DNA of 64,000 nucleotides, from NCBI GenBank assembly GCA_964625535.1, contig CAZVEX010000001.1:64295-128294 (forward strand). The letters run 5' to 3'. The translations under genes were made by a program, and so were the position numbers. Numbering within the stretch: position 1 is the first letter of the stretch; each line of letters begins with the position of its first letter. The notes under the pieces are model-generated. The model saw only the letters and a program-made list of their open reading frames with translations. It searched no databases and was not told the origin of the DNA. The DNA comes from an uncultured Gammaproteobacteria bacterium (GTDB taxonomy: Bacteria > Patescibacteriota > Microgenomatia > Daviesbacterales > UBA10151). Positions 38,751-49,183 of this stretch are shown piece after piece.

Positions 38751-39713
38751 ATAAGAATGGCTTCTTAAACGCCTTTTCAACAATATAGAGCTTATTTTTT
38801 TACCCAAGATTTTTGTATACCTTAAGATAAATCCAGGCATAATAAATATTACTCTGTAAAGAAATTTATTTGTAGCCTTATCCCGTAAACACTCCTCAAA
38901 GTATTTTTTTACTAACTTTGGGTTATGCGAATATATTTTATAATTAATAAGTTCAAGAAGGTTAGTTTTATTTCGGAATTTTCTCCCAATAAGATAAAAG
39001 CTTTTTCTAACCCCCTCACTGCTGGAAACTGTCTCATCATAAATATTTAATGCAAGTTGATTATGTTCGGTTTTAGCAAATAAGGTAATTTTGTCTGGCA
39101 AAAAAAGTAGTTTTTTTTGGATCAATATTTTCAGAAGAGGTGCAATAAATGGACTTACCAAATCATTGTAAGGACTTGTATTCGGCTCAAAAAGGTCGTT
39201 TTTGTACAGTTGTCCCGAATAAAAATCAACATGGAATGGGAATGCTTTATCAAGTTCTGATAGATGTTGTAAGGCTTTGATTTGTTTTTGGGTGTATGTA
39301 TAGACTTGTGTTATATTCCTGACAGAGCCTACAAAGGTAGCAAAACCACCCCGTACGAGATGTACGCCGGAGTCGGTTTGCATCAACTGGAATAAATCTG
39401 CAATAACAGTAGGGTATGCAAGCACATCGTCGTCACTTAAGAGGAATGTATACCGAAAACCTAAATTTTTAACATATTGCGTAGCATAGCGAAAATTGTT
39501 TGCAAATCCTATATTTTTTTTATGGCGAATATAAGTTACATTATTTTTTGGAATAACTGTTTCAAGTGATTTATCCGAGGCATTATCGAAAATAAAGACA
39601 TGAAGTTTCACCCCTTTCTGTTTAAGAACAGAGTTGAGGGCAAGCTGAAACTCTTCGTAACGGTTATGTGTCAGGATAATAACCGCGATTCCATCTTTTT
39701 TTCTTTGTCTCAT
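38721..39713 (-). CDS. GT2 glycosyltransferase
   Basis: ILTHNR, FDNASD, NIGFANN and LSDDD motifs; start at MRQRKK. Confidence 0.85.
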   Translation of the reverse strand: MRQRKKDGIAVIILTHNRYEEFQLALNSVLKQKGVKLHVFIFDNASDKSLETVIPKNNVTYIRHKKNIGFANNFRYATQYVKNLGFRYTFLLSDDDVLAYPTVIADLFQLMQTDSGVHLVRGGFATFVGSVRNITQVYTYTQKQIKALQHLSELDKAFPFHVDFYSGQLYKNDLFEPNTSPYNDLVSPFIAPLLKILIQKKLLFLPDKITLFAKTEHNQLALNIYDETVSSSEGVRKSFYLIGRKFRNKTNLLELINYKIYSHNPKLVKKYFEECLRDKATNKFLYRVIFIMPGFILRYTKILGKKISSILLKRRLRSHSYLDFKIIPSS

Positions 39714-39767
39714 ACAGAAGATTATACAGGTCTGATCAAAAATATGATAATATTTGTTCAATAAAAA

Positions 39768-40547
39768 ATGAAAGTTATTATTCTTTGTGGTGGTGCAGGC
39801 ACAAGATTAAAAGAAGAAACAGAATTCAAGCCAAAACCCATGGTGTATGTTGGAAACCAGCCTATCATATGGCATATCATGAAAATTTATTCTCACTTCG
39901 GATTCAACGAATTTATTCTGGCGTTAGGATATAAAGCAGAATACATTAAGGATTTTTTTCTTAACCAGAAAGCATTAACATCTGATTTTACTCTGAATAC
40001 CTCAAATTACAAAACAATTTATCACACAGATAGTAGAAAAAATCCAGATCATTTTAAAATTACATTTGTTGATACAGGTGTAGAAACTTTAATTGGAGAA
40101 CGAATCTTAATGTGCAAAAAGTACATTCCCGTTAAAGACAAATTATTTATGGTTACTTATGGTGATGGAGTTGCAAATGTAAATATTAAGGAAATTATTA
40201 GATTCCATAAGAAAAAAAAGACACTAGGTACAATAACCGGTGTTCATCCAAGATCAAAGTTTGGTCTTATTAAATTGGAAAAAGGTGGACTTGTTAAATC
40301 ATTCGTAGAAAAACCAGTATTGAATGATTGGGTAAACGGTGGCTTTATGGTTTTTAATAAGAAATTTTTTGATTTTATAAACCCCGGTGAGATGGAACAT
40401 GAGGCACTCAAAAGGATTGCTACAAAAAACGGTCTGGCCCTTTATAAACATAAAGGTTTTTGGTTTGCAGTTGATACTTATAGGGAACTTGAAGAGTTAA
40501 ATAAAATATGGGAAAGCGGTAATCCTCCCTGGAAAATATGGACATGA
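39768..40547 (+). CDS. rfbF: Glucose-1-phosphate cytidylyltransferase
   Basis: LCGGAGTRLKEET..KPKPMV, IWHIMKIYSH, VDTG, TYGDG, INGG-like WVNGGF and HKGFW..VDT motifs. Confidence 0.85.
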   Translation: MKVIILCGGAGTRLKEETEFKPKPMVYVGNQPIIWHIMKIYSHFGFNEFILALGYKAEYIKDFFLNQKALTSDFTLNTSNYKTIYHTDSRKNPDHFKITFVDTGVETLIGERILMCKKYIPVKDKLFMVTYGDGVANVNIKEIIRFHKKKKTLGTITGVHPRSKFGLIKLEKGGLVKSFVEKPVLNDWVNGGFMVFNKKFFDFINPGEMEHEALKRIATKNGLALYKHKGFWFAVDTYRELEELNKIWESGNPPWKIWT

Positions 40548-41572
40548 GAAGAATTTTAGTAACCGGCTCGGATGGTTATATTGGAGCGGTTCTGATTAAT
40601 AAATTATTGGAAAAAGGATATGAAGTTACAGGCTTAGATACTCTTTTCTTTAAGAACTCAGTTCTAGGTAATTATAATCCCAAATATAGACTCATAAAAT
40701 CAGATATACGGCAAATTCAAAATATAAATTTGTCTAAATTTGATGCAATAATCCACCTTGCAGCTTTATCAAATGACCCAATGGGTGAGATAGACCCGGA
40801 TCTGACAGAAGAAATAAATTACAGGGCAACTATAAAACTTGCAAAAAAGGCCAAAAAAGATCGAGTCAAAAGATTCATTTTTTCTTCATCCTGTAGCATT
40901 TATGGTAAATCTGAACAGGAAATAGTTGATGAAAATTCCAATATCAATCCTTTGACTGCTTATGCAAAATCTAAAATTGATTCGGAGAATGAGCTAAAAA
41001 AACTTGCAGATAAAAATTTCTGTGTATGTTTACCTCGGAACTCAACTGTCTATGGATATTCTCCAAAATTTAGGGATGATTTAGTAGTTAATAATCTTAT
41101 AACCCCTGCAATAGCTCTAAAAAAAATTTTTGTCAAAAGCGATGGGAGTCCTTGGCGTCCTCTTATTGACGTTAGGGATCTTGCTAATATTTTTATAAAT
41201 TTTTTAGAGATAGATAGTTATTTAGTAAATGGGCAGGTAATTAATATTGGCTTTAATGATAGTAATTATCAAGTTAATGATATTTTAAAAATAATTAAGG
41301 AACAGGTTCCTCAATGTGAAGTTATTTATACCGGTGAACATAGAGCTGATACAAGAAGCTACAGAGTTTCTTTCGATAAATTTATTTCACTTTTTCCTAA
41401 TATTAGACGGGAATGGCCATTACAAAAATCAACAAGAGATTTAATTGATAAATTAGAAAAATCAATGTTTAATGAGAAAGATTTAAATTCAAATAAATAC
41501 TCCAGAATAGAGGTTTTAAAAAGATTAATCTCGGATAAGAAAGTGGATAAAAAACTTTTTTGGATTCATTAA
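40544..41572 (+). CDS. NAD-dependent epimerase/dehydratase (SDR)
   Basis: TGSDGYIG, HLAALSNDP, SSSCSIYG, YAKSK and DGSPWRP motifs. Confidence 0.88.
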   Translation: MRRILVTGSDGYIGAVLINKLLEKGYEVTGLDTLFFKNSVLGNYNPKYRLIKSDIRQIQNINLSKFDAIIHLAALSNDPMGEIDPDLTEEINYRATIKLAKKAKKDRVKRFIFSSSCSIYGKSEQEIVDENSNINPLTAYAKSKIDSENELKKLADKNFCVCLPRNSTVYGYSPKFRDDLVVNNLITPAIALKKIFVKSDGSPWRPLIDVRDLANIFINFLEIDSYLVNGQVINIGFNDSNYQVNDILKIIKEQVPQCEVIYTGEHRADTRSYRVSFDKFISLFPNIRREWPLQKSTRDLIDKLEKSMFNEKDLNSNKYSRIEVLKRLISDKKVDKKLFWIH

Positions 41573-42502
41573 ATGAATATTTTAATAACCGGCGGGACAG
41601 GCTTCATCGGTAGTCATCTTACCTTTAGACTGTTATCTTTGGGGCATAAAATAACCGTCTTAAAAAGACCAACATCAGATATCTGGCGAATAAAAGAAAT
41701 TGCCAGAAAAATAAATATTATAGATCTTGAATCTTTTAAAAATCTAGAATCTGTATTTATAAATAACAACCTCGATACAGTTATTCACTTGGCAACTGCA
41801 TATATAAAACATTCTGACAGGAGAAAAGAAATTAATCAAATGAAAAATACAAACATAACTTTCCCGTCTTTGCTGCTTAATTTTGCCATTAAAAATAAAG
41901 TTAAATATTTTATTAACACAGGCACTTGTTTTGAATACAAGCTCTCAGATACAAAAATAGATGAAAATCATAAAATATCCCCATATAATTTTTATGCCTC
42001 TACAAAAATAGCTTTTGAAGTCCTACTTAAATCTTTTGTAGAAAAAAATTACATCAGAGGAATTACCCTGAAATTATTTTACCCATATGGAGAAAAGGAT
42101 AACAATAAGGTGATTCCTCTAATGATTAAAGCTATTTTAAAAAAAGAGAAATTAAACTTAACTAAAGGTGAGCAAGAATTGGACTTTACCTATGTTGATG
42201 ATATTGTGGAGGCTTACATAAAAGCTCTTAGCTTTATTTCTTCAATAAAATATAAAAAGTATGAAGTTTTTAATATTGGAACAGATGAAGTATATAAACT
42301 AAAAAATATCGGTAAACTGTTAGAGAATTTGAGTGGAAATTATAAAAGTTTAAATTTTTCTAACCCCTATCCTTTAGATGAAATAATGTATATGTCTTGC
42401 AATTATAAAAAGGCAATGAAATTATTGAATTGGAAACCCGAAACAAGTATAATAAACGGAATAACAAAGACCTATGAGTCTTATTTAGAAAGCCTGAAAT
42501 GA
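41573..42502 (+). CDS. NAD(P)-dependent sugar 4-reductase/epimerase (CDP-abequose/paratose synthase-like)
   Basis: TGGTGFIG, HLATAY, NTGTCFEY, YASTK and GEQELDFTYVDD motifs. Confidence 0.75.
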   Translation: MNILITGGTGFIGSHLTFRLLSLGHKITVLKRPTSDIWRIKEIARKINIIDLESFKNLESVFINNNLDTVIHLATAYIKHSDRRKEINQMKNTNITFPSLLLNFAIKNKVKYFINTGTCFEYKLSDTKIDENHKISPYNFYASTKIAFEVLLKSFVEKNYIRGITLKLFYPYGEKDNNKVIPLMIKAILKKEKLNLTKGEQELDFTYVDDIVEAYIKALSFISSIKYKKYEVFNIGTDEVYKLKNIGKLLENLSGNYKSLNFSNPYPLDEIMYMSCNYKKAMKLLNWKPETSIINGITKTYESYLESLK

Positions 42503-42951
42503 TCGATGGAGTAAAAATCAAAAATTTAAAGAAAATCCCTGATGAAAGAGGAACTGTAATGCATATGCTAAGAAGTGATGATCCTGAATTTAAAAAATTT
42601 GGGGAAATTTATTTTACCACAGCTTACCCGCAAGTGATAAAAGGTTGGCATCTTCATTCCAAAATGACTTTAAACTATGTGGTAATTTCAGGAATGATAA
42701 AACTTGTTTTATACGATGACAGAAAGGAGTCAAAAACTAAAGGGGAAATAATGGAGTTATTTTTAGGTGAAGATAATTATTCCTTGGTCACAATACCACC
42801 TCTTGTTTGGAATGGATTTAAGGTTATTGGAGGTAAAACCGCAATTTTGGCAAATTGTCCGGATTTACCGCATGATCCTAAAGAGATGAAGAGATTGGAT
42901 CCATTAAAGAATAGCGTTATTCCCTATAATTGGGGCATTAAGCTAAAATAA
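42499..42951 (+). CDS. dTDP-4-dehydrorhamnose 3,5-epimerase family cupin (RmlC-like)
   Basis: DERG, KGWHLH, YDDRKES and IPP.VWNGF motifs. Confidence 0.85.
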   Translation: MIDGVKIKNLKKIPDERGTVMHMLRSDDPEFKKFGEIYFTTAYPQVIKGWHLHSKMTLNYVVISGMIKLVLYDDRKESKTKGEIMELFLGEDNYSLVTIPPLVWNGFKVIGGKTAILANCPDLPHDPKEMKRLDPLKNSVIPYNWGIKLK

Positions 42952-42952
42952 T

Positions 42953-44182
42953 ATGCGCTCAAAATCCCCAAAAGATGATTTACGGGTTAGCTATGCTAAA
43001 GCCGTACATGGCGAGGCGGAGAAAAAAAGAGTAATAGCTGTTCTGGATGAGCACAGAACAATAATGGGTCAAGAAATTAATGAATTTGAAGAAAGAGTAA
43101 GTAAGTTTTTCGGTCGCAAATACGGAGTAATGATTAATTCAGGTTCCTCTGCAAATTTACTTGCCCTAGAAATTCTAAATTTTCCCGAAGGTTCTGAAAT
43201 AATTACCCCTCTTTTAACATTCTCAACAACTGTTGCTCCAATTGTACAAAAAAAACTTATACCGGTCTTTGCTGATGTTGAAAATGGAAGCTATCAAATA
43301 AATGTGGATCAAATTGAGAAACTAGTTACCATAAAAACTAGAGCCTTAATGATTCCTCTTCTTTTAGGAAATGTTCCTGATCTTGAAAGATTACATCATC
43401 TTGCCAGAAAGAAAAAGTTAATTCTGATAGAAGATTCTTGTGATACATTTGCAGCAATTTTTAATGGTAAACCAACCAGTAGTTTTAGCGATATTACAAC
43501 AACCAGTTTTTATGGTTCACATATAATAACTGCGGGGGGAGGAGGAGGGATGATTATGATGGATAATATGAAATGGAGAGATAAGGCTAAAGTTTTTAGA
43601 GGATGGGGTAGAAGTTCTTCTATATTTGGTGAATCAGAAAGTATTGCAATCCGCTTTAAAGCAAAAATTGGAAATATTCCATATGATGCTAAGTTTGTTT
43701 TTAGTGAACCTGGCTATAATTTTTTACCCATAGAGATGTGTGCCGCATTTGGTAATGCTCAACTAGATAAAATAAAGGACTTTAGAAAATTGCGTGAATA
43801 TAATTTTAAAAGACTATATATTTTTTTTAGAAAATATTCGAACTTTTTTGAATTACCCATACAAGATAAAAGGGTAAAAACTTGGTGGCTTTCGTTTCCT
43901 CTAACAATAAAACCAAACGCTCCGTTCACCAGAATTGAAATTATGACATATTTGGAGAAAAATAATATACAAACAAGGCCAATTTTCACGGGAAATGTAT
44001 TAAAACAACCGGGATTTAAAAAAATTCCTCACAGATTGCTTGCCGGATATGATTACCCGATTACTAATGAGATAATGAAGCAAGGGTTTGTTATAGGTTG
44101 TCATCATGGTTTGACAGATAAACATCTTGAAAAGATTGAGCGAATTTTTACGCTATTTTTAAATGAATGTGTTTCATTTTGA
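42953..44182 (+). CDS. DegT-fold PMP enzyme with His in place of Lys (RfbH/DdhC-like 3-dehydratase)
   Basis: NSGSSANLLA, LIEDSCD, SFYGSHIITAGGGG, RGWGR and TRPIFTGN motifs. Confidence 0.8.
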   Translation: MRSKSPKDDLRVSYAKAVHGEAEKKRVIAVLDEHRTIMGQEINEFEERVSKFFGRKYGVMINSGSSANLLALEILNFPEGSEIITPLLTFSTTVAPIVQKKLIPVFADVENGSYQINVDQIEKLVTIKTRALMIPLLLGNVPDLERLHHLARKKKLILIEDSCDTFAAIFNGKPTSSFSDITTTSFYGSHIITAGGGGGMIMMDNMKWRDKAKVFRGWGRSSSIFGESESIAIRFKAKIGNIPYDAKFVFSEPGYNFLPIEMCAAFGNAQLDKIKDFRKLREYNFKRLYIFFRKYSNFFELPIQDKRVKTWWLSFPLTIKPNAPFTRIEIMTYLEKNNIQTRPIFTGNVLKQPGFKKIPHRLLAGYDYPITNEIMKQGFVIGCHHGLTDKHLEKIERIFTLFLNECVSF

Positions 44183-44815
44183 CAAGCGTCTTGGAGTGAT
44201 TATTATAATATTGTGATTTATTTCCATATTGTAGCAATTATTTTCCTTTAAAATAATTTTTTCAATCTTAGCGATTGTTGGATAATCTTTTTTTCCCATA
44301 AACGCATCGGCATCATCTATTAAAATGACATGGCGTTTGATTTTGTGACTAAGAATAGAAGTAAGCTCTTCCCATACGGGAGTTTCCTTTATTCCTTTGA
44401 TTGTAATTCCTTTTGAATAATGAGCATCTAACCAAAATAGGCATGGCCTGTTTATTTTTTTTATAATTTTAGGTAACATAACCGAACTGTCTCCGTGTAT
44501 AATTTGTATAGTCTTAAATTTTTTAAATTTGCTTTTTGCGCGCTCGTATAATTTTCTGTCCAGTTCTATTGAATAAATCCGGGAAAAAATATTTTTATTA
44601 GCGCTTACAGTGGTTCCGAGGTAAGTGCCAGTCTCAATCAAAATTGACAACTTATATTTTGTTGCGTGGCTTTTAATTATTTCTTGTTTTATAAATTGGG
44701 GCGTATATTTATGATTACTTTCCAGAAACCACTCTATTTTTTGTAATATTTGCAAGACTGGATAAATGAGATCATATAGAAAGGTATATTTTAATTTCTC
44801 AAAAAATTTTTCCAT
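44174..44815 (-). CDS. Putative SAM-dependent methyltransferase
   Basis: IETGTYLG, SIELD, HGDS, FWLDAH and ILIDD motifs. Confidence 0.65.
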   Translation of the reverse strand: MEKFFEKLKYTFLYDLIYPVLQILQKIEWFLESNHKYTPQFIKQEIIKSHATKYKLSILIETGTYLGTTVSANKNIFSRIYSIELDRKLYERAKSKFKKFKTIQIIHGDSSVMLPKIIKKINRPCLFWLDAHYSKGITIKGIKETPVWEELTSILSHKIKRHVILIDDADAFMGKKDYPTIAKIEKIILKENNCYNMEINHNIIIITPRRLSK

Positions 44816-44879
44816 TTTTTGGTTGACTTTTGTTTAGTATATAATATAACAACTTTCAACTATTTTTGAGAATTGTAAC

Positions 44880-46646
44880 ATGATTACTGTTGGTTTTTAT
44901 AAGGGACATAATGCTACTGCCTGTATATTAAAGGATGGCAAAATAATTGCTGCAGTCTCTGAAGAGAGATTTAATCGGATCAAAAATGCCGACGTTTTTC
45001 CTATTGAGGCAATCAAGTTTTGTTTGAGGCAGGCAAACGTTAAAGCGCAGGATGTAGATTATTATGTCAGGACATATACGCATCCGGAGGGATTTGTCGC
45101 CTCATCCCGTGAAACAAGAATGCCGATGCTTATCCAACTATTAACTTATCTTTTAGTGTTTGCAAGAAAATTACTACTTATCTTTCCGCCTCTGATCTCT
45201 TTAGGCAGATTTTTACATGAGCTTATTTATACAAAGACTTTAACCCCTTGGTATCAAAATCAGTTTAGAAAAACTATGTCAGAATATTTGAAAATTGACA
45301 AAAATAAAATAATTTTTGCTGATCATCACACATGTCATGCGTATGCTGTATACTACGGATTTGTACCAGAGGAAAAACAAAATGAAGATTGGTTAGTGAT
45401 TACTTTAGATGGAGCAGGAGATGGGGACTGTGGAGGTGTTTGGGCAGTTGAGGATGGTAAGTGGAGCAGACTAGCTAAAACGCCGGCAGGCTCATCCATT
45501 GCGCTTTTTTATGGAATGATCACAAGATATTTAGGGATGAAGTTGAATGAGCATGAGTATAAAGTAATGGGTCTTGCCCCATATGTTTCTTCTCATGAAA
45601 TTTCCAAAGTTTATTCTTTATTTGAGGGATTATTTAGGACTGATGAAAATTTGGTTATGCATTCAAAGATTCTGTCTGGAGCACTTCTTGATTACTTTGA
45701 TACCATTTTAAGGCATAAACGCTTTGATGGTATAGCTGGTGCTGCCCAAAAGTATGTAGAAGATGTAGTTTCGGATTTAGTAGTAAAAGCTATTAAAAAA
45801 AGTGGTATAAAAAACCTAGCAGTTGCGGGAGGGTTTTTTATGAATGTAAAAGCTAATAAAAAGATTGCGGAACTCAAAGAAATTGGAGAGTTTATTCCCT
45901 GTCCTACCGCATCTGATGAGTCAACTGTTTTCGGAGCAGCATTCTTCGGATATGAGCTGCTATGCAAGCAAACAGATAAACCTTTCTCAACTGAGAATAT
46001 TAAGACTCTTTATCTGGGTCCAAAATTTTCAGATGCGGAGATAAGTGAAGTACTAAAGAAAAATAAACATTTACAAAGATATAGAGTTAAGAAATTTAAA
46101 GATATAGAGAAAAAGATAGCCTCACTTTTAGTAAAAGGTAAGATAGTCGGTAGATTTAAGGATAAAATGGAATGGGGAGCGAGAGCCTTGGGTAATAGAT
46201 CTATCTTTATGGATCCACGACGTAAGGATCTAATTATGAAATTAAATGAACAAATAAAATCCCGGGATTTTTGGATGCCTTTTGCAGCAAGCATTTTGGA
46301 TACTTGTGAAGAAAAATATATTGTAAACAGCAAAGGCATTAACGGCGAATTCATGATTTTAGGTTTTGATACAACTCGTAGGGGGAAGTCTGACTTGGCT
46401 GCTGCGATCCATCCCTACGATTTTACATGCAGGCCTCAAATTGTAAAAAAAGAGGCCAATCCTGATTATTACAACTTAATTAAATATTTTGAACAGGGAA
46501 CAGGAGTAGGTGCGATTTTAAACACATCTTTCAACCTGCACGGTGAGCCGATTGTTTGTGTCCCGCAGGATGCGATTAGTACCTTTGAAAGATGTGATCT
46601 AGAGTATTTAGCATTAGGAAGTTACCTGGTATGGAAAAAAAGATGA
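44880..46646 (+). CDS. Carbamoyltransferase (NodU/CmcH/NovN family)
   Basis: SEERFNRIK, HHTCHA, LDGAGD, EYKVMGLA, EWGARALGNRS, RDFWMPFA and LNTSFNLHGEPIV motifs. Confidence 0.93.
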   Translation: MITVGFYKGHNATACILKDGKIIAAVSEERFNRIKNADVFPIEAIKFCLRQANVKAQDVDYYVRTYTHPEGFVASSRETRMPMLIQLLTYLLVFARKLLLIFPPLISLGRFLHELIYTKTLTPWYQNQFRKTMSEYLKIDKNKIIFADHHTCHAYAVYYGFVPEEKQNEDWLVITLDGAGDGDCGGVWAVEDGKWSRLAKTPAGSSIALFYGMITRYLGMKLNEHEYKVMGLAPYVSSHEISKVYSLFEGLFRTDENLVMHSKILSGALLDYFDTILRHKRFDGIAGAAQKYVEDVVSDLVVKAIKKSGIKNLAVAGGFFMNVKANKKIAELKEIGEFIPCPTASDESTVFGAAFFGYELLCKQTDKPFSTENIKTLYLGPKFSDAEISEVLKKNKHLQRYRVKKFKDIEKKIASLLVKGKIVGRFKDKMEWGARALGNRSIFMDPRRKDLIMKLNEQIKSRDFWMPFAASILDTCEEKYIVNSKGINGEFMILGFDTTRRGKSDLAAAIHPYDFTCRPQIVKKEANPDYYNLIKYFEQGTGVGAILNTSFNLHGEPIVCVPQDAISTFERCDLEYLALGSYLVWKKR

Positions 46647-47338
46647 TTAAATTTTCAAAGAAATATAATTTATTTTTAACCTTCTTATTTTATGCATATG
46701 GCTTCTTAAATTCTTTGCTATTCAAGTTTCAACTTTCAGTAATTTATTATCATTACGAGAAAAAGATTTTAAACTTAATTAATAATCTTCGTTCAAGTGG
46801 AGACTTACTTCTTACAGTTGTAGAAAGCCTACAAGTGTATGAATGCGCGAGAAGTGCACAAAAAATAAAAGGGGATTTTGCAGAAGTTGGAGTTTATAGA
46901 GGAGGGAGTGCTGTAATCATTTCAGAGGTCAAAAAAGGAAAGAAGTTCCATCTTTTTGATACTTTTGAAGGGTTGCCTGATAATGAGAAAATAGATTCAC
47001 TTGTTGGGGATAATTCAATGGTAAGCAATCTGGATGAAGTGAAAAGTAAATTAAAAAGATACAAGAATGTCTATTTTTATAAAGGTTTATTTCCAAAAAC
47101 CGGGAATAAAATAAAAAAAGATAAATTTGCATTTGTGCATCTGGATGTTGATTTATACAGAAGTACAATCAATAGTTTAAAATTTTTCTACCCTAAAATG
47201 AGCAAAGGAGGAATCATACTTTCACATGATTATCCCTTTATGCCGGGAGTAAAAAGAGCTTTTGATGAGTTTTTTGAAAATAGAAGGGAATTAGTTTTAA
47301 AGCTTTCAGGAAATCAAGCTATTGTAATTAAAATATAA
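46643..47338 (+). CDS. TylF/MycF (macrocin O-methyltransferase) family
   Basis: GDFAEVGVYRGGS, LFDTFEG, KGLF, HLDVDLY and GGIILSHDY motifs. Confidence 0.88.
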   Translation: MIKFSKKYNLFLTFLFYAYGFLNSLLFKFQLSVIYYHYEKKILNLINNLRSSGDLLLTVVESLQVYECARSAQKIKGDFAEVGVYRGGSAVIISEVKKGKKFHLFDTFEGLPDNEKIDSLVGDNSMVSNLDEVKSKLKRYKNVYFYKGLFPKTGNKIKKDKFAFVHLDVDLYRSTINSLKFFYPKMSKGGIILSHDYPFMPGVKRAFDEFFENRRELVLKLSGNQAIVIKI

Positions 47339-47340
47339 TT

Positions 47341-48105
47341 ATGGAAAACTATGAAGCTTTAAATGCATTAGAGAATGCAGTTAACTCCATTAAGGATAAG
47401 AAGGATAGGGAATTTTCTCTAGATGCCTTTTCGGGGCATAAAAGGAGATACCTTAATGATTTAAATATTATAAGAAATTTTTATAAAGGGGGCAAAATAC
47501 TGGACATAGGTTCATCTCCATACCATATGCTATTTTTGCTCAAAAAACTTAAGTGGGATGTATATGGCATAGATATAAATCCTCAAATCTTAAGGAAATT
47601 TCAAGCACAGCACGGATTAAAAGTAAAAAGTTGCGATATAGAAAAAGAGAAAATCCCCTTTAAAGATGGTCAATTTTCTTTCATCATTTTTAATGAAGTG
47701 TTTGAGCATCTAAGGATAGATCCCCTTGCTGCAATATTAGAAGTTAAGAGAGTATTAAAAAAAGGAGGCATATTACTTTTAACAACCCCCAACCTTTACG
47801 CTTTACACAAGATTATAATGTTTAACACCGGTTTTAGTTTCAACAATGCTTTTTTTGAATTTAATAAAGTTAAAACTACCGGATATATGGGACACATAAG
47901 GGAATACTCAAATAAAGAAATAAAAGAAATACTGATAAATTCAGGATTTAGAGTTAAATACACAAATTTTGAAAATTATAATAATTTTTCAAATGTTCAT
48001 TTTTTGAAGAGATTTCCTTTAAATATCCTTGTGCTGCTTTTTGATTTTATATTAAAAATCATTCCTCCATTTAGACAGTATCAGATTGTTGTTGCAATTA
48101 AATGA
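47341..48105 (+). CDS. Class I SAM-dependent methyltransferase
   Basis: ILDIG, EVFEHL, LKKGG.LLLTTPN and HIREY motifs. Confidence 0.85.
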   Translation: MENYEALNALENAVNSIKDKKDREFSLDAFSGHKRRYLNDLNIIRNFYKGGKILDIGSSPYHMLFLLKKLKWDVYGIDINPQILRKFQAQHGLKVKSCDIEKEKIPFKDGQFSFIIFNEVFEHLRIDPLAAILEVKRVLKKGGILLLTTPNLYALHKIIMFNTGFSFNNAFFEFNKVKTTGYMGHIREYSNKEIKEILINSGFRVKYTNFENYNNFSNVHFLKRFPLNILVLLFDFILKIIPPFRQYQIVVAIK

Positions 48106-48112
48106 AAATAAT

Positions 48113-49183
48113 ATGAAAATCAAAAGAAGAAATCATCCTTTAGTTTCGGTTTTGATTTTAACTTACAATAGGACGGATCTTTTAAAGATGTGTCTGGACA
48201 GCGCCTTAAAATCTAACTACCCAAATTCGGAATTTATTGTTTCCGATAATGCTTCACAGGATGATATAGCGGGATTTATCAGAAAAACTTACCCCCAAAA
48301 AAAGATTAGAGTTTACAAGAAAAAGAAGAACGGTGGTTTAACAGGGGGATTTAATTTTGGCTATCAATATTGTCGGGGGAAATACGTCATGTTGCTTTGT
48401 AATGATACCACCATCGCCAAGAAATCAATTTCCGAGATGGTCAAAATGGCGGAAAATGATCCAAAAATTGGCGCGATTGCTCCGAAAGTGACACAGATGA
48501 GACATCACGGTTATATCCACAGCGCTGGTAGCTTTCTAACTTCCAGTGGCCTGCTTTACCATTATGGAGTCTATCAAAAAGATGGTAAAAAATACCAAAA
48601 AAGTTATTATATTTTCAGTACAACAGGAGCAGGATTTCTCGTTAGAAGCGAAACTATAGCAAAGACCGGACTTTACACTGAGGATTTTTTTATGGCATAT
48701 GATGAGAGTGACCTGTGTCATCGCATTTGGCTTGCCGGGTACACAGTTGTTTATTGTCCCAAGGCGGAAGTTAAACATATGTGGAGCGCCACCATGCAGG
48801 TTATGAGTAACCCCGCAATTTGGTTTTGGAACCAAAGAAACGTAAATAGTTCCTTTATCTACAATTTTCAGTTGCGATATCTATGGCGATTTTTAATTAG
48901 CATTAATCTGGCGTTTATATTTTTTTCCATCTACAGACTTTTTAGCAGGCAAAGGGTATTTTCGGCAACTATTATCCAGGCATATTTATGGCACATTTTT
49001 CATATCAGACAAACACTGAAGAAACGGAAAATTATACAAAAAAAGAGAATTGTTTCAGACCGGGAAATTTTCCAAAAAGCCATGGTAAATCCTGACTTGG
49101 GATACTATCTAATCCATTTCCGGAAAAAATATTCGGATATGGAACTGCCAAAAAGAATAATCTACAACCTCAAATCTCCTTGA
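48113..49183 (+). CDS. GT2 glycosyltransferase (WbbL-like)
   Basis: ILTYNR, SDNASQD, LCND and FFMAYDESDLCHR motifs. Confidence 0.88.
   Translation: MKIKRRNHPLVSVLILTYNRTDLLKMCLDSALKSNYPNSEFIVSDNASQDDIAGFIRKTYPQKKIRVYKKKKNGGLTGGFNFGYQYCRGKYVMLLCNDTTIAKKSISEMVKMAENDPKIGAIAPKVTQMRHHGYIHSAGSFLTSSGLLYHYGVYQKDGKKYQKSYYIFSTTGAGFLVRSETIAKTGLYTEDFFMAYDESDLCHRIWLAGYTVVYCPKAEVKHMWSATMQVMSNPAIWFWNQRNVNSSFIYNFQLRYLWRFLISINLAFIFFSIYRLFSRQRVFSATIIQAYLWHIFHIRQTLKKRKIIQKKRIVSDREIFQKAMVNPDLGYYLIHFRKKYSDMELPKRIIYNLKSP

Noticed and set aside
44880-47338. Secondary-metabolite (aminocoumarin or macrolide) biosynthetic cluster
   Set aside because: There is no NRPS/PKS or other scaffold gene, regulator or exporter; the neighbours are envelope-type GT2/GT4 genes.
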